A DNA stretch of 64,000 nt from Comamonas sp. lk (GTDB lineage Bacteria; Pseudomonadota; Gammaproteobacteria; Burkholderiales; Burkholderiaceae_C). The stretch is from positions 1,909 through 65,908 of the forward strand of contig CAMBFO010000003.1 in the NCBI GenBank assembly GCA_945865675.1. The letters are read 5' to 3'. The notes beneath the pieces were generated by a model that was not told the DNA's origin, did no database searches, and saw nothing but the letters and a program-made list of their open reading frames with translations. Position 1 is the stretch's first letter; each line of letters starts with the position of its first letter. The translations under genes and the position numbers were made by a program. This document shows positions 1 to 9,065 of the stretch, one piece after another.

Positions 1-1
1 G

Positions 2-142
2 GGTTGGCCGCTGCTGGCCGCCGTGCTGCACACCGGCGGCGCTGGCGCTATGTTGGTATGCCTGGTGTGGCTGCTGGCCGTCAGCCGTATGCCAGCGAAC
101 CGTCCTGTGGCTTTGCGAACTACCTTGAGACAAGCAACGTGA
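2..142 (+). CDS. ctaA: C-terminal end of heme A synthase (COX15/CtaA), partial
   Basis: Frame 2 reads [25 protein letters not shown]...*, a CtaA-like last helix with His; stop TGA overlaps the GTG of cyoE (GTGA). Confidence 0.7.
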   Translation, partial: GWPLLAAVLHTGGAGAMLVCLVWLLAVSRMPANRPVALRTTLRQAT

Positions 143-1047
143 CCCCACCGGCCAGCATCACCTCTTGGCTACCCACTATGTCCGTGGTGCGGCAGTTCAA
201 CGCCTTGACCAAGCCACGGGTGATTCAACTGATTGTGTTTTGCGCACTGATCGGCATGGTGCTGGCCGTACCTGGCGCGCCGGATTGGGCGCAAGTGCGA
301 CTGGCAGCGATCGCATGTTTCGGTATCTGGCTGGTGTCGGCCGCTGCTGCTGCCTTCAATTGCATTGTGGAGCAGCAGATTGACGCCAAGATGAAACGCA
401 CCTCTTGGCGGCCCACCGCACGTGGTGAACTGAGCAATACCCAAACCCTGATATTTTCCGCGCTCTTGTGCAGCGCCGGCTCGGCGATTTTGTTTTTCTG
501 GGTCAACCCGCTGACGATGTGGCTGACCTTTGCTACTTTTGTGGGCTACGCGGTGATTTACACCGTCATCCTCAAACCCCTGACGCCGCAAAATATTGTC
601 ATCGGTGGCGCCTCCGGCGCTATGCCGCCAGTACTGGGGTGGGCGGCAATGACAGGGGATGTCGGCCCCGAGGCGCTGATTTTGTTCCTGATTATTTTCT
701 TGTGGACGCCGCCGCATTTTTGGGCTCTGGCCTTGTATCGGGTGGAGGACTACCGCAAGTCCGGCCTGCCCATGCTGCCGGTCACCCACGGCAGTGAGTT
801 CACCCGCTTGCATATCTTGCTTTACACCTGGGTTTTGTTTGCTGCCTGCCTGCTGCCCTTTATGTACGGCATGAGCTCTTGGCTGTATCTGGCGGCGGCC
901 GTGGTGCTCAGCATATGGTTTTGTGTCTATGCCTGGCGCCTTATGCGCAATTACTCAGACACCCTGGCGCGCGCTACTTTTCGCTTTTCACTGATTCATC
1001 TCAGCGCCTTGTTCGCCGCTTTGTTGCTGGACCATTACCTCTTATGA
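139..1047 (+). CDS. cyoE: Protoheme IX farnesyltransferase (heme O synthase)
   Basis: LTKPRV, D..MKRT..RP, NIVIGG.SGAMPP and WTPPHFWAL motifs; start at GTG 139 (or ATG 178). Confidence 0.95.
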   Translation: MTPPASITSWLPTMSVVRQFNALTKPRVIQLIVFCALIGMVLAVPGAPDWAQVRLAAIACFGIWLVSAAAAAFNCIVEQQIDAKMKRTSWRPTARGELSNTQTLIFSALLCSAGSAILFFWVNPLTMWLTFATFVGYAVIYTVILKPLTPQNIVIGGASGAMPPVLGWAAMTGDVGPEALILFLIIFLWTPPHFWALALYRVEDYRKSGLPMLPVTHGSEFTRLHILLYTWVLFAACLLPFMYGMSSWLYLAAAVVLSIWFCVYAWRLMRNYSDTLARATFRFSLIHLSALFAALLLDHYLL

Positions 1048-1667
1048 AACACCATGCTTTCCCTGTAACGGCGGGCATGTTGCAACGCCGTGGTGTGATG
1101 CGCCTAGGCCTGGGCGCCGCCGCTTTGTTGCTGGCCGCTTGCAACCCGAACAAGCCTGCTTTCAGTTCGGTGGACGTGACGGGGGCTGATTACGGCAAAG
1201 GTTTTGAGCTGAACGATCACAACGGACAGCTGCGCCACCTTAGCGACTTTGCCGGCAAAGTGGTAGTGATGTTTTTCGGCTACACCCAATGCCCGGATGT
1301 ATGTCCCGCCACCATGATCGAACTGGCGCAGGTTAAAAAACTATTAGGCAAGGACGGTGAGCGCTTGCAGGCGCTGTTTGTGACGTTAGACCCCGAGCGC
1401 GATACGCCGGAGTTGCTCAAAGCCTATATGGTCAACTTCGACCCCATGTTCTTGGCATTGCGCCCCACGCCTGAGCAATTACCGGCGCTGGCCAAAGACT
1501 TCAAAATTTATTACAAAAAAGTAGCAGGAAAAAGCGCAGATAGCTACACCATGGACCATTCGGCCGGTAGTTATATCTTCGACACTAAAGGCCAGTTGCG
1601 TTTGTTCACCCGCTATGGCAGCGGCGCGCCGGTGCTGGCAGCGGATATCGCACAGTTGCTGAAGTAA
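1044..1667 (+). CDS. SCO family copper chaperone (lipoprotein)
   Basis: [12 protein letters not shown] (CxxxC), DPERDT, YTMDHSA; LAAC lipobox; ATGA overlap with cyoE. Confidence 0.93.
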   Translation: MKHHAFPVTAGMLQRRGVMRLGLGAAALLLAACNPNKPAFSSVDVTGADYGKGFELNDHNGQLRHLSDFAGKVVVMFFGYTQCPDVCPATMIELAQVKKLLGKDGERLQALFVTLDPERDTPELLKAYMVNFDPMFLALRPTPEQLPALAKDFKIYYKKVAGKSADSYTMDHSAGSYIFDTKGQLRLFTRYGSGAPVLAADIAQLLK

Positions 1668-1682
1668 AAAACCTCGCGTTGA

Positions 1683-2621
1683 TTAAGCGTAATCGACCAG
1701 CGCGGTTTTCATTTTTTTCATCGCCGCCACTTCGATTTGGCGGATGCGCTCGGCGCTTACGCCGTATTCGGCTGCCAACTCATGCAGCGTCATACCACCG
1801 CTGTTGTCGTCGTTGACCTTGAGCCAGCGCTCTTCCACGATGCGGCGGCTGCGCGGATCGAGCACCTCCAGCGCACTGGCAATACCGTCCGAGGCCAATA
1901 CATCGCGCCGGTGCGCTTCGATTACCGCTAGCGGCTCGTGATTGCTATCGGTCAGGTAAGAAATCGGGCCATAGACTTCTTCACCATCGTCCGAAGCCAT
2001 CGGGTCGAGCAAGACGTCGCCGCCCGAAAGCCGGGTTTCCATTTCCAGTACATCTTGGGCGCTGACGTTTAGTTCGTCGGCCATGGCGCGCACTTGGGCC
2101 GGGCTCAAGGTGTCCCGGTGGGTGGCCATATCGGCGGCGGCATCGTCAGATTTAAAGCGCTGCTTCATGGAGCGCAAATTGAAAAAGAGTTTGCGTTGGG
2201 CCTTGGTGGTGGCCACTTTCACCATGCGCCAGTTCTTCAGGATGTACTCGTGGATCTCGGCCTTGATCCAGTGCAGCGCGTAGCTCACCAAGCGCACGCC
2301 CTGGTCGGGGTCAAAGCGCTTGACGGCCTTCATCAGGCCGACATTGCCTTCCTGGATCAGGTCACCATGCGGCAAACCATAGCCCAGGTACTGGCGCGCT
2401 ACCGACACCACCAAGCGTAGGTGTGAAAGCACCAATTTACCGGCGGCTTCCAGGTCGTTGTCATCGCGGTACTGGCGCGCAAAGCGCTGTTCTTCTTCCA
2501 GCGTCAGCATGGGCAGCCGGTTGGCGGCGGAAATGTAAGCGTCCAGGTTGCCAAGCGGCGGCACCAAAGACCAGGGATTGGCCGAGGCCAAAGCGGTATT
2601 CGAGGCGATTGCGAGGGACAT
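1683..2621 (-). CDS. rpoH: RNA polymerase sigma-32 factor
   Basis: DLIQEGNVGLMKAVKRFDP, RpoH box QRKLFFNLR, region 4 ERIRQIE. Confidence 0.97.
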   Translation of the reverse strand: MSLAIASNTALASANPWSLVPPLGNLDAYISAANRLPMLTLEEEQRFARQYRDDNDLEAAGKLVLSHLRLVVSVARQYLGYGLPHGDLIQEGNVGLMKAVKRFDPDQGVRLVSYALHWIKAEIHEYILKNWRMVKVATTKAQRKLFFNLRSMKQRFKSDDAAADMATHRDTLSPAQVRAMADELNVSAQDVLEMETRLSGGDVLLDPMASDDGEEVYGPISYLTDSNHEPLAVIEAHRRDVLASDGIASALEVLDPRSRRIVEERWLKVNDDNSGGMTLHELAAEYGVSAERIRQIEVAAMKKMKTALVDYA

Positions 2622-2651
2622 AGGGGACTCCTTTAGTCTTAAGCCTGAATA

Positions 2652-2678
2652 TTAGCACTCAAACACAGAGAGTGCTAA
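2652..2678. promoter_or_regulatory. CIRCE element (HrcA operator) upstream of rpoH
   Basis: Exact TTAGCACTC-N9-GAGTGCTAA, 30 bp upstream of the rpoH start. Confidence 0.95.
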
Positions 2679-2727
2679 TAAATCTACTGGTTTACCCTAG
2701 GTTTACTTGCGGGCTTATAGTCCGGGG

Positions 2728-3612
2728 ATGAACGAATTTGTCCAATTGTTGCAGCAAGGCAACAGTGGCGTCTGGTGGTTTATCCCTAGCGCCATTGCGC
2801 TGGGGGCGCTGCATGGACTGGAGCCCGGGCATTCCAAAACCATGATGGCTGCCTTCATCATCGCGGTGCGCGGCACGGTCGGCCAGGCGGTATTGCTGGG
2901 CCTGGCGGCAACGCTATCGCACACCGCTATCGTTTGGGCGGTCGCCATGGGCGGCTTGTATTTCGGGGGGCAGTGGGACGCCGCGCAAAGCGAGCCCTAT
3001 CTGCAACTGGTGTCGGCCGTGTTGATCGCCGCCACCGCCCTGTGGATGGCGTACCGCACTTGGCTGCAGGGATTGCCCCATGCGCACGCGCACGATCATG
3101 GGCATCCGCACAAGCACAGCCACGATCACGATCACGATCACGGACACGGACACAGCCACGGACACGGACACGCGCAGGCCACGACGCACACACATAGCGG
3201 ATCGATCGCGGATGCAGAGCAAGGTATGGATGCCCATGCACGAGCGCATGCGCAGGAGATCAGACAACGATTTGCCTCAGGCCATGCCACCAATGGACAA
3301 ATTCTGGTTTTCGGATTAACCGGCGGTTTGATTCCCTGTCCGGCGTCGATTACCGTGCTTCTGCTGTGTCTGCAACTCAAACAAGTCGCGCTGGGAGCCA
3401 CCCTGGTGCTGAGCTTTAGCGTAGGCCTGGCGCTCACCATGGTGGCTTCGGGCGTGCTGGCTGCTTGGAGTGTGGGGCAGGCGACGAGGCGCTGGTCCGG
3501 CTTTGGGGCTTGGGCCGCTAAGGCGCCCTATATTTCCACCATCTTGATGCTGCTACTCGCCGCCTGGATGGCGAGCGAAGGCTGGCATGGCTTGCAGGCG
3601 CTACCGTCCTGA
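2728..3612 (+). CDS. rcnA: Nickel/cobalt efflux transporter RcnA
   Basis: GALHGLEPGHSKTMMAAF, His-rich loop, GLTGGLIPCPASITVLL. Confidence 0.92.
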   Translation: MNEFVQLLQQGNSGVWWFIPSAIALGALHGLEPGHSKTMMAAFIIAVRGTVGQAVLLGLAATLSHTAIVWAVAMGGLYFGGQWDAAQSEPYLQLVSAVLIAATALWMAYRTWLQGLPHAHAHDHGHPHKHSHDHDHDHGHGHSHGHGHAQATTHTHSGSIADAEQGMDAHARAHAQEIRQRFASGHATNGQILVFGLTGGLIPCPASITVLLLCLQLKQVALGATLVLSFSVGLALTMVASGVLAAWSVGQATRRWSGFGAWAAKAPYISTILMLLLAAWMASEGWHGLQALPS

Positions 3613-3700
3613 AGGCGCAAGCCCCGCAGGACGGCGCCGCTTCGCCAAGCAAAGGCAAGGTAAACCACCTCAAACTAAATCAAACGCAGCCCAATGCAGT

Positions 3701-3816
3701 GGAGTGCGAGCCAGTTGCCCATTTCTTTTGCCACGCCGGAGTTGCTCACGGCCTGGTACACAGTCGGCCCGGTCACGGTGCGCCGGGTGGGTTGGGATGT
3801 CAAAACCGCCTGAGCC
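3701..3816 (+). mobile_element. Orphan sequence resembling the left non-coding end of an IS110-family element; no transposase follows
   Basis: Ordered blocks GAGTGCGAGCCAG...TTGCCACGCC...CTCAnGGCCnGGTAC..AGTCG...GGGAT...CGCCTGAGCC match my recollection of leaders of one IS110 subgroup; not verified by search. Confidence 0.45.
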
Positions 3817-3861
3817 GCGCACCATGTTCCAATGGGGGGATGATCTCATCACCCCCTTGCA

Positions 3862-5094
3862 ATGCATCCTGACGCCCAATCGCTGTGGCGTCTTCCCCAA
3901 TGGGCTTTTGCCGTGCTGCTGGCGGTGCTGGGCATGTTGGGGCCGTTTTCCATAGATACCTATCTACCGGCTTTCGCTGATATTTCTGCTTCGCTGGGCA
4001 CTACGCCTTTGCACATGCAGCAGACTTTGTCGGCTTACTTGTTTGGCTTTGCATTTATGTCGCTGTTTCACGGAACGATTTCCGACAGCTTTGGTCGCCG
4101 CCCGGTGGTGCTCTGGGGCTTGGCGGTGTTCACCCTGGCCTCGATGGGGTGCGCGCTTTCGCAAAGCATCGGGCAGCTGATTTTTTTCCGTGCACTGCAA
4201 GGCTTTTCCACCGGCGCAGGCATTGTGGTGGCACGTGCGGTAGTGCGCGATATGTACCCGCCCTCGCAAGCCCAAAAAGTGATGAGCCAGATCACGATTT
4301 ACTTCGGCATTGCCCCCGCGATTGCGCCGCTGATCGGTGGCCAGTTATTGCTTTGGGGTAGTTGGCACTTGATATTTTGGTTCCTCACCGCGATCGGCGT
4401 GGTCTTGTGGATCGCTAATTACAGGCTCTTGCCCGAGACGCTACACATCAGATTGCGCCAGCCTTTTCAAGTGCGGCACTTGATGGCCGGCTATTGGCAA
4501 CTGGGCTCGGACCCGCGCTTTGTGTCGCTCGCATTGGCCAGCGGCATTCCTTTTAACGGCATGTTTTTGTATGTGCTCAGCGCGCCGGTGTTTTTGGGCG
4601 AGGTGCTGCATTTAGCGCCGCAGCATTTTTTCTGGTTTTTTCTGTTCACCATCGGCGGCATCATGGCCGGGGCCTGGGTTAGCGGGCGGGTGGCCGGGCG
4701 CATCACGCCCAAGCGCCAGATCCGCAACGGCTTTGTCATCATGCTGTGCATCGGGGTGGTCAATTTGGTCGCCAATGTGCTGTTCACCGCCCATGTCAGC
4801 TGGGCCTTGTTTCCGGTAGCAATTTTTGCCTTTGGCTGGGCCATGATGGTGCCGGTGGTCACACTGCTGGTGCTGGACCTGTACCCCGAGCGGCGCGGCA
4901 TGGCCTCCTCGCTGCAAAGTTTTATTGGCTCGCTGGCCAATGCCATCGTTGCGGGCCTTATTTCGCCTTTGGTGATGCATTCGGCGGTCGCGTTGGCAGC
5001 GACGTCGATTTGCATGATGGGCATTGGCCTGGTGGCCTGGGTGCATATGCGCAAGCGCTGGCCAGCGATCGGCAACGAGATTCTCAAGGCTTGA
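3862..5094 (+). CDS. Bcr/CflA family multidrug efflux MFS transporter
   Basis: PFSIDTYLPAF, G.ISDSFGRRPV motif, about 12 TM segments. Confidence 0.92.
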   Translation: MHPDAQSLWRLPQWAFAVLLAVLGMLGPFSIDTYLPAFADISASLGTTPLHMQQTLSAYLFGFAFMSLFHGTISDSFGRRPVVLWGLAVFTLASMGCALSQSIGQLIFFRALQGFSTGAGIVVARAVVRDMYPPSQAQKVMSQITIYFGIAPAIAPLIGGQLLLWGSWHLIFWFLTAIGVVLWIANYRLLPETLHIRLRQPFQVRHLMAGYWQLGSDPRFVSLALASGIPFNGMFLYVLSAPVFLGEVLHLAPQHFFWFFLFTIGGIMAGAWVSGRVAGRITPKRQIRNGFVIMLCIGVVNLVANVLFTAHVSWALFPVAIFAFGWAMMVPVVTLLVLDLYPERRGMASSLQSFIGSLANAIVAGLISPLVMHSAVALAATSICMMGIGLVAWVHMRKRWPAIGNEILKA

Positions 5095-5247
5095 CGCGGG
5101 CGCTCTCTACACCCCGGCCATCACCACATCCATGGCAGCCATCAGTGTGCTGGCTTGCGGGGCCACATTAGCTACCACCTGACGCAAACTGCGTGTCGGT
5201 AAGGGCGCTGCATAGTGCGCCAGTGCAGCGCGCCAAGCTGCCATATA

Positions 5248-5263
5248 CTGTATTTATTTACAG
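5248..5263. promoter_or_regulatory. LexA (SOS) box upstream of imuA
   Basis: CTGTATTTATTTACAG = CTGT-N8-ACAG, 12 bp before the imuA ATG. Confidence 0.9.
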
Positions 5264-5275
5264 TATTTCTAACCC

Positions 5276-6061
5276 ATGTCCGCCTTGCCTGCCCCGAGTC
5301 CCGACTTGCCCGATCGCACTGCGCCGGGGTTGCTGCGCGCCGACGTCTGGCGGGCCGATGCGCTGGCCGCACCGCGTGCGCAAACCCTGTCCAGTGGCGA
5401 CACGGCGTTGGACGCCCAATTGCCCGGTGGCGGTTGGCCGGTGGGCGCGCTGACCGAATTGCTGCAAGCCCCGGGCGTGCATAACGAGTGGCGCTTGCTG
5501 CTGCCCGCGCTGGCTTCGAGCGGCAGCGGCCCGGTGGTGCTGGTGGCGCCGCCCTATCTGCCATTTGCGCCCGCCTTGCAGGCCCAGGGTTTGCAGGCGC
5601 AGCGCCTGCTCTGGCTGGGTGCGCCGGACAGCCAGGGCACGGCCGCCCTGTGGCTGAGCGAGCAGGCGCTGCGTTGTGCGGCGGTGGATGCAGTGCTGGC
5701 CTGGCTGCCGCAGGTGCGCCCCGAACAATTGCGCCGTTTGCAGTGGGCCGCTGCCGAACACCACAAATTGCTTTTCGTGCTGCGCCCCAGCGCCGCGCAG
5801 ACCCAGGCCTCGCCTGCTGTGCTGCGCTTGTTATTGGACTTGGACGATGGCGCGGCGCTTTCGCTGCACATCCTCAAGCGCCGCGGCCCACCGCTGGACG
5901 GGCCTCTGCATCTGGCGGCACGCCCAGCAGCGCTGTTGCGCGTGCTGGCCAGCGCCAAGCCAGCGCCTGCGGCAGAGTCTGCACCAAGCCTGCAGGCCAC
6001 CCCAACGCAGAGCACCTCAGCGCACATCGCTGTCTTGCAACCGCGCAGGGCGGCGCCATGA
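5276..6061 (+). CDS. imuA: Translesion synthesis protein ImuA
   Basis: VWRA, LDAQLPGGGWPVGALTELL, LRRLQ, ILKRRGPP; SOS box upstream. Confidence 0.92.
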   Translation: MSALPAPSPDLPDRTAPGLLRADVWRADALAAPRAQTLSSGDTALDAQLPGGGWPVGALTELLQAPGVHNEWRLLLPALASSGSGPVVLVAPPYLPFAPALQAQGLQAQRLLWLGAPDSQGTAALWLSEQALRCAAVDAVLAWLPQVRPEQLRRLQWAAAEHHKLLFVLRPSAAQTQASPAVLRLLLDLDDGAALSLHILKRRGPPLDGPLHLAARPAALLRVLASAKPAPAAESAPSLQATPTQSTSAHIAVLQPRRAAP

Positions 6062-7584
6062 AGCCCTATTGGCTGGCCGTGCGTCTGCAAGACGCGCAGC
6101 GCGCTGCTGGTCGTGATGTCGGTGCAAGTGGCTATGCGCCATTACCGGCCTTGCCGCTTACAAGCGCTTTGTGCGGCGCTACTTCCCCGGATGCGAGAAC
6201 AGAGCTTTCAGGCGCTGCGGCCTGGGCTGACCCGCTGGCGGCGCTGGCCTGGTGGAGTTTGCAATTTACGCCCTGGGTGGCGCAAGTGCAGCAGGCTTTA
6301 GTGCTGGAAATCTCGGCCAGCGAGCGCTTGTTTAGCGGACGCAAGGCGCTGGTGCAGGCGCTGTTGGAGTCTGGCCACGCGCCCCTGCCTATGCAGTACG
6401 CGCATGGCGAGAGCGCTTTGCTCGCGCTGGCGCGCCTGGCCTGCGATGCTTTGCAGCAGGCGGGCGACCTGGCGCACCCGCCGTTACCACCCGATGCTTT
6501 GCCCCTCTACACGCTGGCTGCAGCGCAGGCGCATCTGCCCACGCTGGAGCGTTTGGGCTGTACCACCTGGGGCCATTTGCGCGCCTTGCCGCGCGGCGGC
6601 GTGGCCCGCCGCTTTGGCGCGCCCCTGCTGACGGCTTTGGACCAGGCTTATGGCGCCGCGCCCGAGGCCTATGCCTGGTTGCGCCTGCCCGAGGTGTTTG
6701 ATGCGCCGCTGGAACTGGCCGCGCAGGTCGAATCGGCCGCCGCCATGTTGTTTGGCGCGCGCCGTTTGCTGGCGCAGTTGCAACTGTGGTTGCGCGCCCG
6801 CCAGCACGGGGTGCTGGCGCTGGAGTTGCGTTGGCAACTCGATGCGCGCCGTGCCAATGCCCGCCACCGGGATGCTTGGCACCAAGGCGATGGCTATGGC
6901 CGCCTGCACTTGCGTACCGCCGAACCCACCCAAGACCCGCGCCACTTAGAGCGCTTGCTGGCCGAACACCTGGCGCAGGTCACGCTGCCTGCACCGGTTT
7001 TGTATTTGCGCCTGCGTACGCTGGAAACCTGCGCATTGCACGGCCAAAGCCTGAGCCTGCTGCCCGATGCATTGCGCAGCGGCGACAGCCTGCACCATTT
7101 GCTGGAGCGCGTGGCTGCGCGCCTGGGGCCTTACAGCGTGCGCGCCGTGAGCTTGCAAGATGAGCATCGCCCCGAGTGCATGCAGACCTGGCAAGCGCTG
7201 GGCGCGCAGGCAAGCGCCGTGGTGTCAACCGGCATAGGACGACCGACCAGTGCCGCAGCGCAAACTGGCATGGCCTTAGGCACCCGCGCCATATCGCAAG
7301 CCAGCACCATCGCCGCGCAGGCGCTTTATCCCACTTGGTTGTTGTCCCAGGTGCGCAGCCTGCCCTGCGGCGCTGATGGTTTGCCCCAGTGGGACGGCCC
7401 GCTGGCCTTGCTGGCCGGACCGCAGCGCTTGGAGCAACAGGCCTGGGACACGGGGCCGCAAGTGCAGCGCGACTACTACATCGCCCACAGCCCCGGCCAG
7501 GGCTTGCTCTGGGTCTATCGCGAGCGTTTAGGCGCAACCCAGGGGCAGGGGGCCGCCTGGTATTTGCATGGCTTGTTTGCCTGA
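6058..7584 (+). CDS. imuB: ImuB (inactive Y-family polymerase)
   Basis: LQFTP.V, LEISASERLFSG, LPRGGVARRFG, ARLG, HRPE, GPQRLE...RDYY...WYLHGLFA; ATGA overlap with imuA. Confidence 0.9.
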   Translation: MKPYWLAVRLQDAQRAAGRDVGASGYAPLPALPLTSALCGATSPDARTELSGAAAWADPLAALAWWSLQFTPWVAQVQQALVLEISASERLFSGRKALVQALLESGHAPLPMQYAHGESALLALARLACDALQQAGDLAHPPLPPDALPLYTLAAAQAHLPTLERLGCTTWGHLRALPRGGVARRFGAPLLTALDQAYGAAPEAYAWLRLPEVFDAPLELAAQVESAAAMLFGARRLLAQLQLWLRARQHGVLALELRWQLDARRANARHRDAWHQGDGYGRLHLRTAEPTQDPRHLERLLAEHLAQVTLPAPVLYLRLRTLETCALHGQSLSLLPDALRSGDSLHHLLERVAARLGPYSVRAVSLQDEHRPECMQTWQALGAQASAVVSTGIGRPTSAAAQTGMALGTRAISQASTIAAQALYPTWLLSQVRSLPCGADGLPQWDGPLALLAGPQRLEQQAWDTGPQVQRDYYIAHSPGQGLLWVYRERLGATQGQGAAWYLHGLFA

Positions 7585-7609
7585 AGGCCTTGTGAGCTTA
7601 TGCCGTGGC

Positions 7610-8965
7610 TCAAGTCAACACAGACAAAGCCCAGCCCGCCAGCGCACAGGCAACAATCACCTGCACCACGGGCCGCTTAAAGCGGATCAGCGCGAGCGCG
7701 GCGGCTGCCGCAATGACAGCGGATGCCGCATCAAAGCGTCCGTTCATGCCTTGCGGCCAAAACACATGCTGGCCGAAGAACAGCGCCAGGCTGACGATGA
7801 CGCCGACCACGGCCGCGGTAATCGCGGTGAGCGGCGCGCTTAAACGTAAATCCTGGTGCGTCGATTCGATGAAAGGCCCGCCCGCCAAGATGAACACAAA
7901 CGAAGGCAAAAAAGTAAACCAGGTCACCACCGTGGCGGCCAGGGCACCGGCCAGAAACAGATGGTCCGGGCCTAGCAGTGCTTGGGTGTGTCCGCCCACA
8001 TAGCCTACAAAAGCCACCACCATGATCAGCGGCCCCGGCGTGGTCTCGCCCAGGGCCAGGCCGTCGATCATCTGTGCCGCGGTTACCCAGCTGAACTGCT
8101 CTACGCCGCCCTGGTACACATAGGGCAGCACCGCATAGGCGCCGCCAAACGTCAGCAGCGCCGCTTTGGTGAAAAACCAGGCCATTTGCGTCAGCGTATG
8201 TTCCCAGCCTTGCGTCAGCACCAGCAGTGCTATGGGCAGCAGCCATAGCATCAGCCCCAAGGCCAGCACTTTCACCAAACCGGACTGCGTAAAACGCGCA
8301 TGTGCGGGCGTAGGCGTATCGTCGTCAATCCAGGCTGGCGCGTGCGGCCCGGCCTTGGCTGCGTGGCCGGTGCCCGCTTGAAATACCTGCGGCGCAAAGC
8401 GCCCGCCGATGGCGCCTATCAGTCCTGCACCCAGCACGATGGATGGGAAGGGTGCTTGCAACACATACAGCGCAAACCAGGACAGAGCCGCCAGCGCCCA
8501 CAACAAACGGTGGCGCAGCGTGCGCGTGCCGATGCGCCAGGCCGCTTGCAGCACGATGGCGGTGACGGCAGGCTTGATGCCGGCAAACAGTCCCGCCACC
8601 AGCGCCGTGCTGCCAAACACCAAATAGACCCACGACAAACCGATCAGGATAAACAGCGAAGGCAGCACAAACAAAACCCCCGCCACGATGCCACCCCAGC
8701 TGCGGTGCATCAGCCAGCCCAGGTAAGTGGCCAGTTGCTGCGCTTCCGGGCCGGGTAGCACCATGCAGTAATTGAGCGCATGTAAAAACCGCGCATCCGA
8801 AATCCAACGCCGTCGCGCCACTAACTCTTCGTGCAACAGCGCAATTTGCCCGGCCGGTCCGCCAAAGCTGATAAAGCCGACCTTCAGCCAAAACGGCCAG
8901 GCCTGGCGCAGGCTGATGGGGGCTGGGGCGGTGGGGGGAGAGTTGTGGGCCGCTGGTGCGTTCAT
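7610..8965 (-). CDS. chrA: Chromate efflux transporter (long-chain CHR)
   Basis: SFGGPAGQI, LPGPEAQQLATY, TFGGAYAVL, ETTPGP. Confidence 0.95.
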   Translation of the reverse strand: MNAPAAHNSPPTAPAPISLRQAWPFWLKVGFISFGGPAGQIALLHEELVARRRWISDARFLHALNYCMVLPGPEAQQLATYLGWLMHRSWGGIVAGVLFVLPSLFILIGLSWVYLVFGSTALVAGLFAGIKPAVTAIVLQAAWRIGTRTLRHRLLWALAALSWFALYVLQAPFPSIVLGAGLIGAIGGRFAPQVFQAGTGHAAKAGPHAPAWIDDDTPTPAHARFTQSGLVKVLALGLMLWLLPIALLVLTQGWEHTLTQMAWFFTKAALLTFGGAYAVLPYVYQGGVEQFSWVTAAQMIDGLALGETTPGPLIMVVAFVGYVGGHTQALLGPDHLFLAGALAATVVTWFTFLPSFVFILAGGPFIESTHQDLRLSAPLTAITAAVVGVIVSLALFFGQHVFWPQGMNGRFDAASAVIAAAAALALIRFKRPVVQVIVACALAGWALSVLT

Positions 8966-9030
8966 GGTGTTTCCTGACTTACAGCGCCGGATCCTAGGGC
9001 CGTCGCCCGCATTGAAGCGGTCTGTTTATA

Positions 9031-9046
9031 CTGTATTTTTATACAG
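9031..9046. promoter_or_regulatory. LexA (SOS) box upstream of dnaE2
   Basis: CTGTATTTTTATACAG = CTGT-N8-ACAG. Confidence 0.9.
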
Positions 9047-9065
9047 TATTTAAAACGAAGCTTCC

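Noticed and set aside
3690-3860. tmRNA, 6S RNA or riboswitch
   Set aside because: No tRNA-like ends, tag reading frame, or riboswitch consensus that I can recognise
5095-5240. Possible gene remnant between the MFS gene and imuA
   Set aside because: Only short reading frames with no convincing motif
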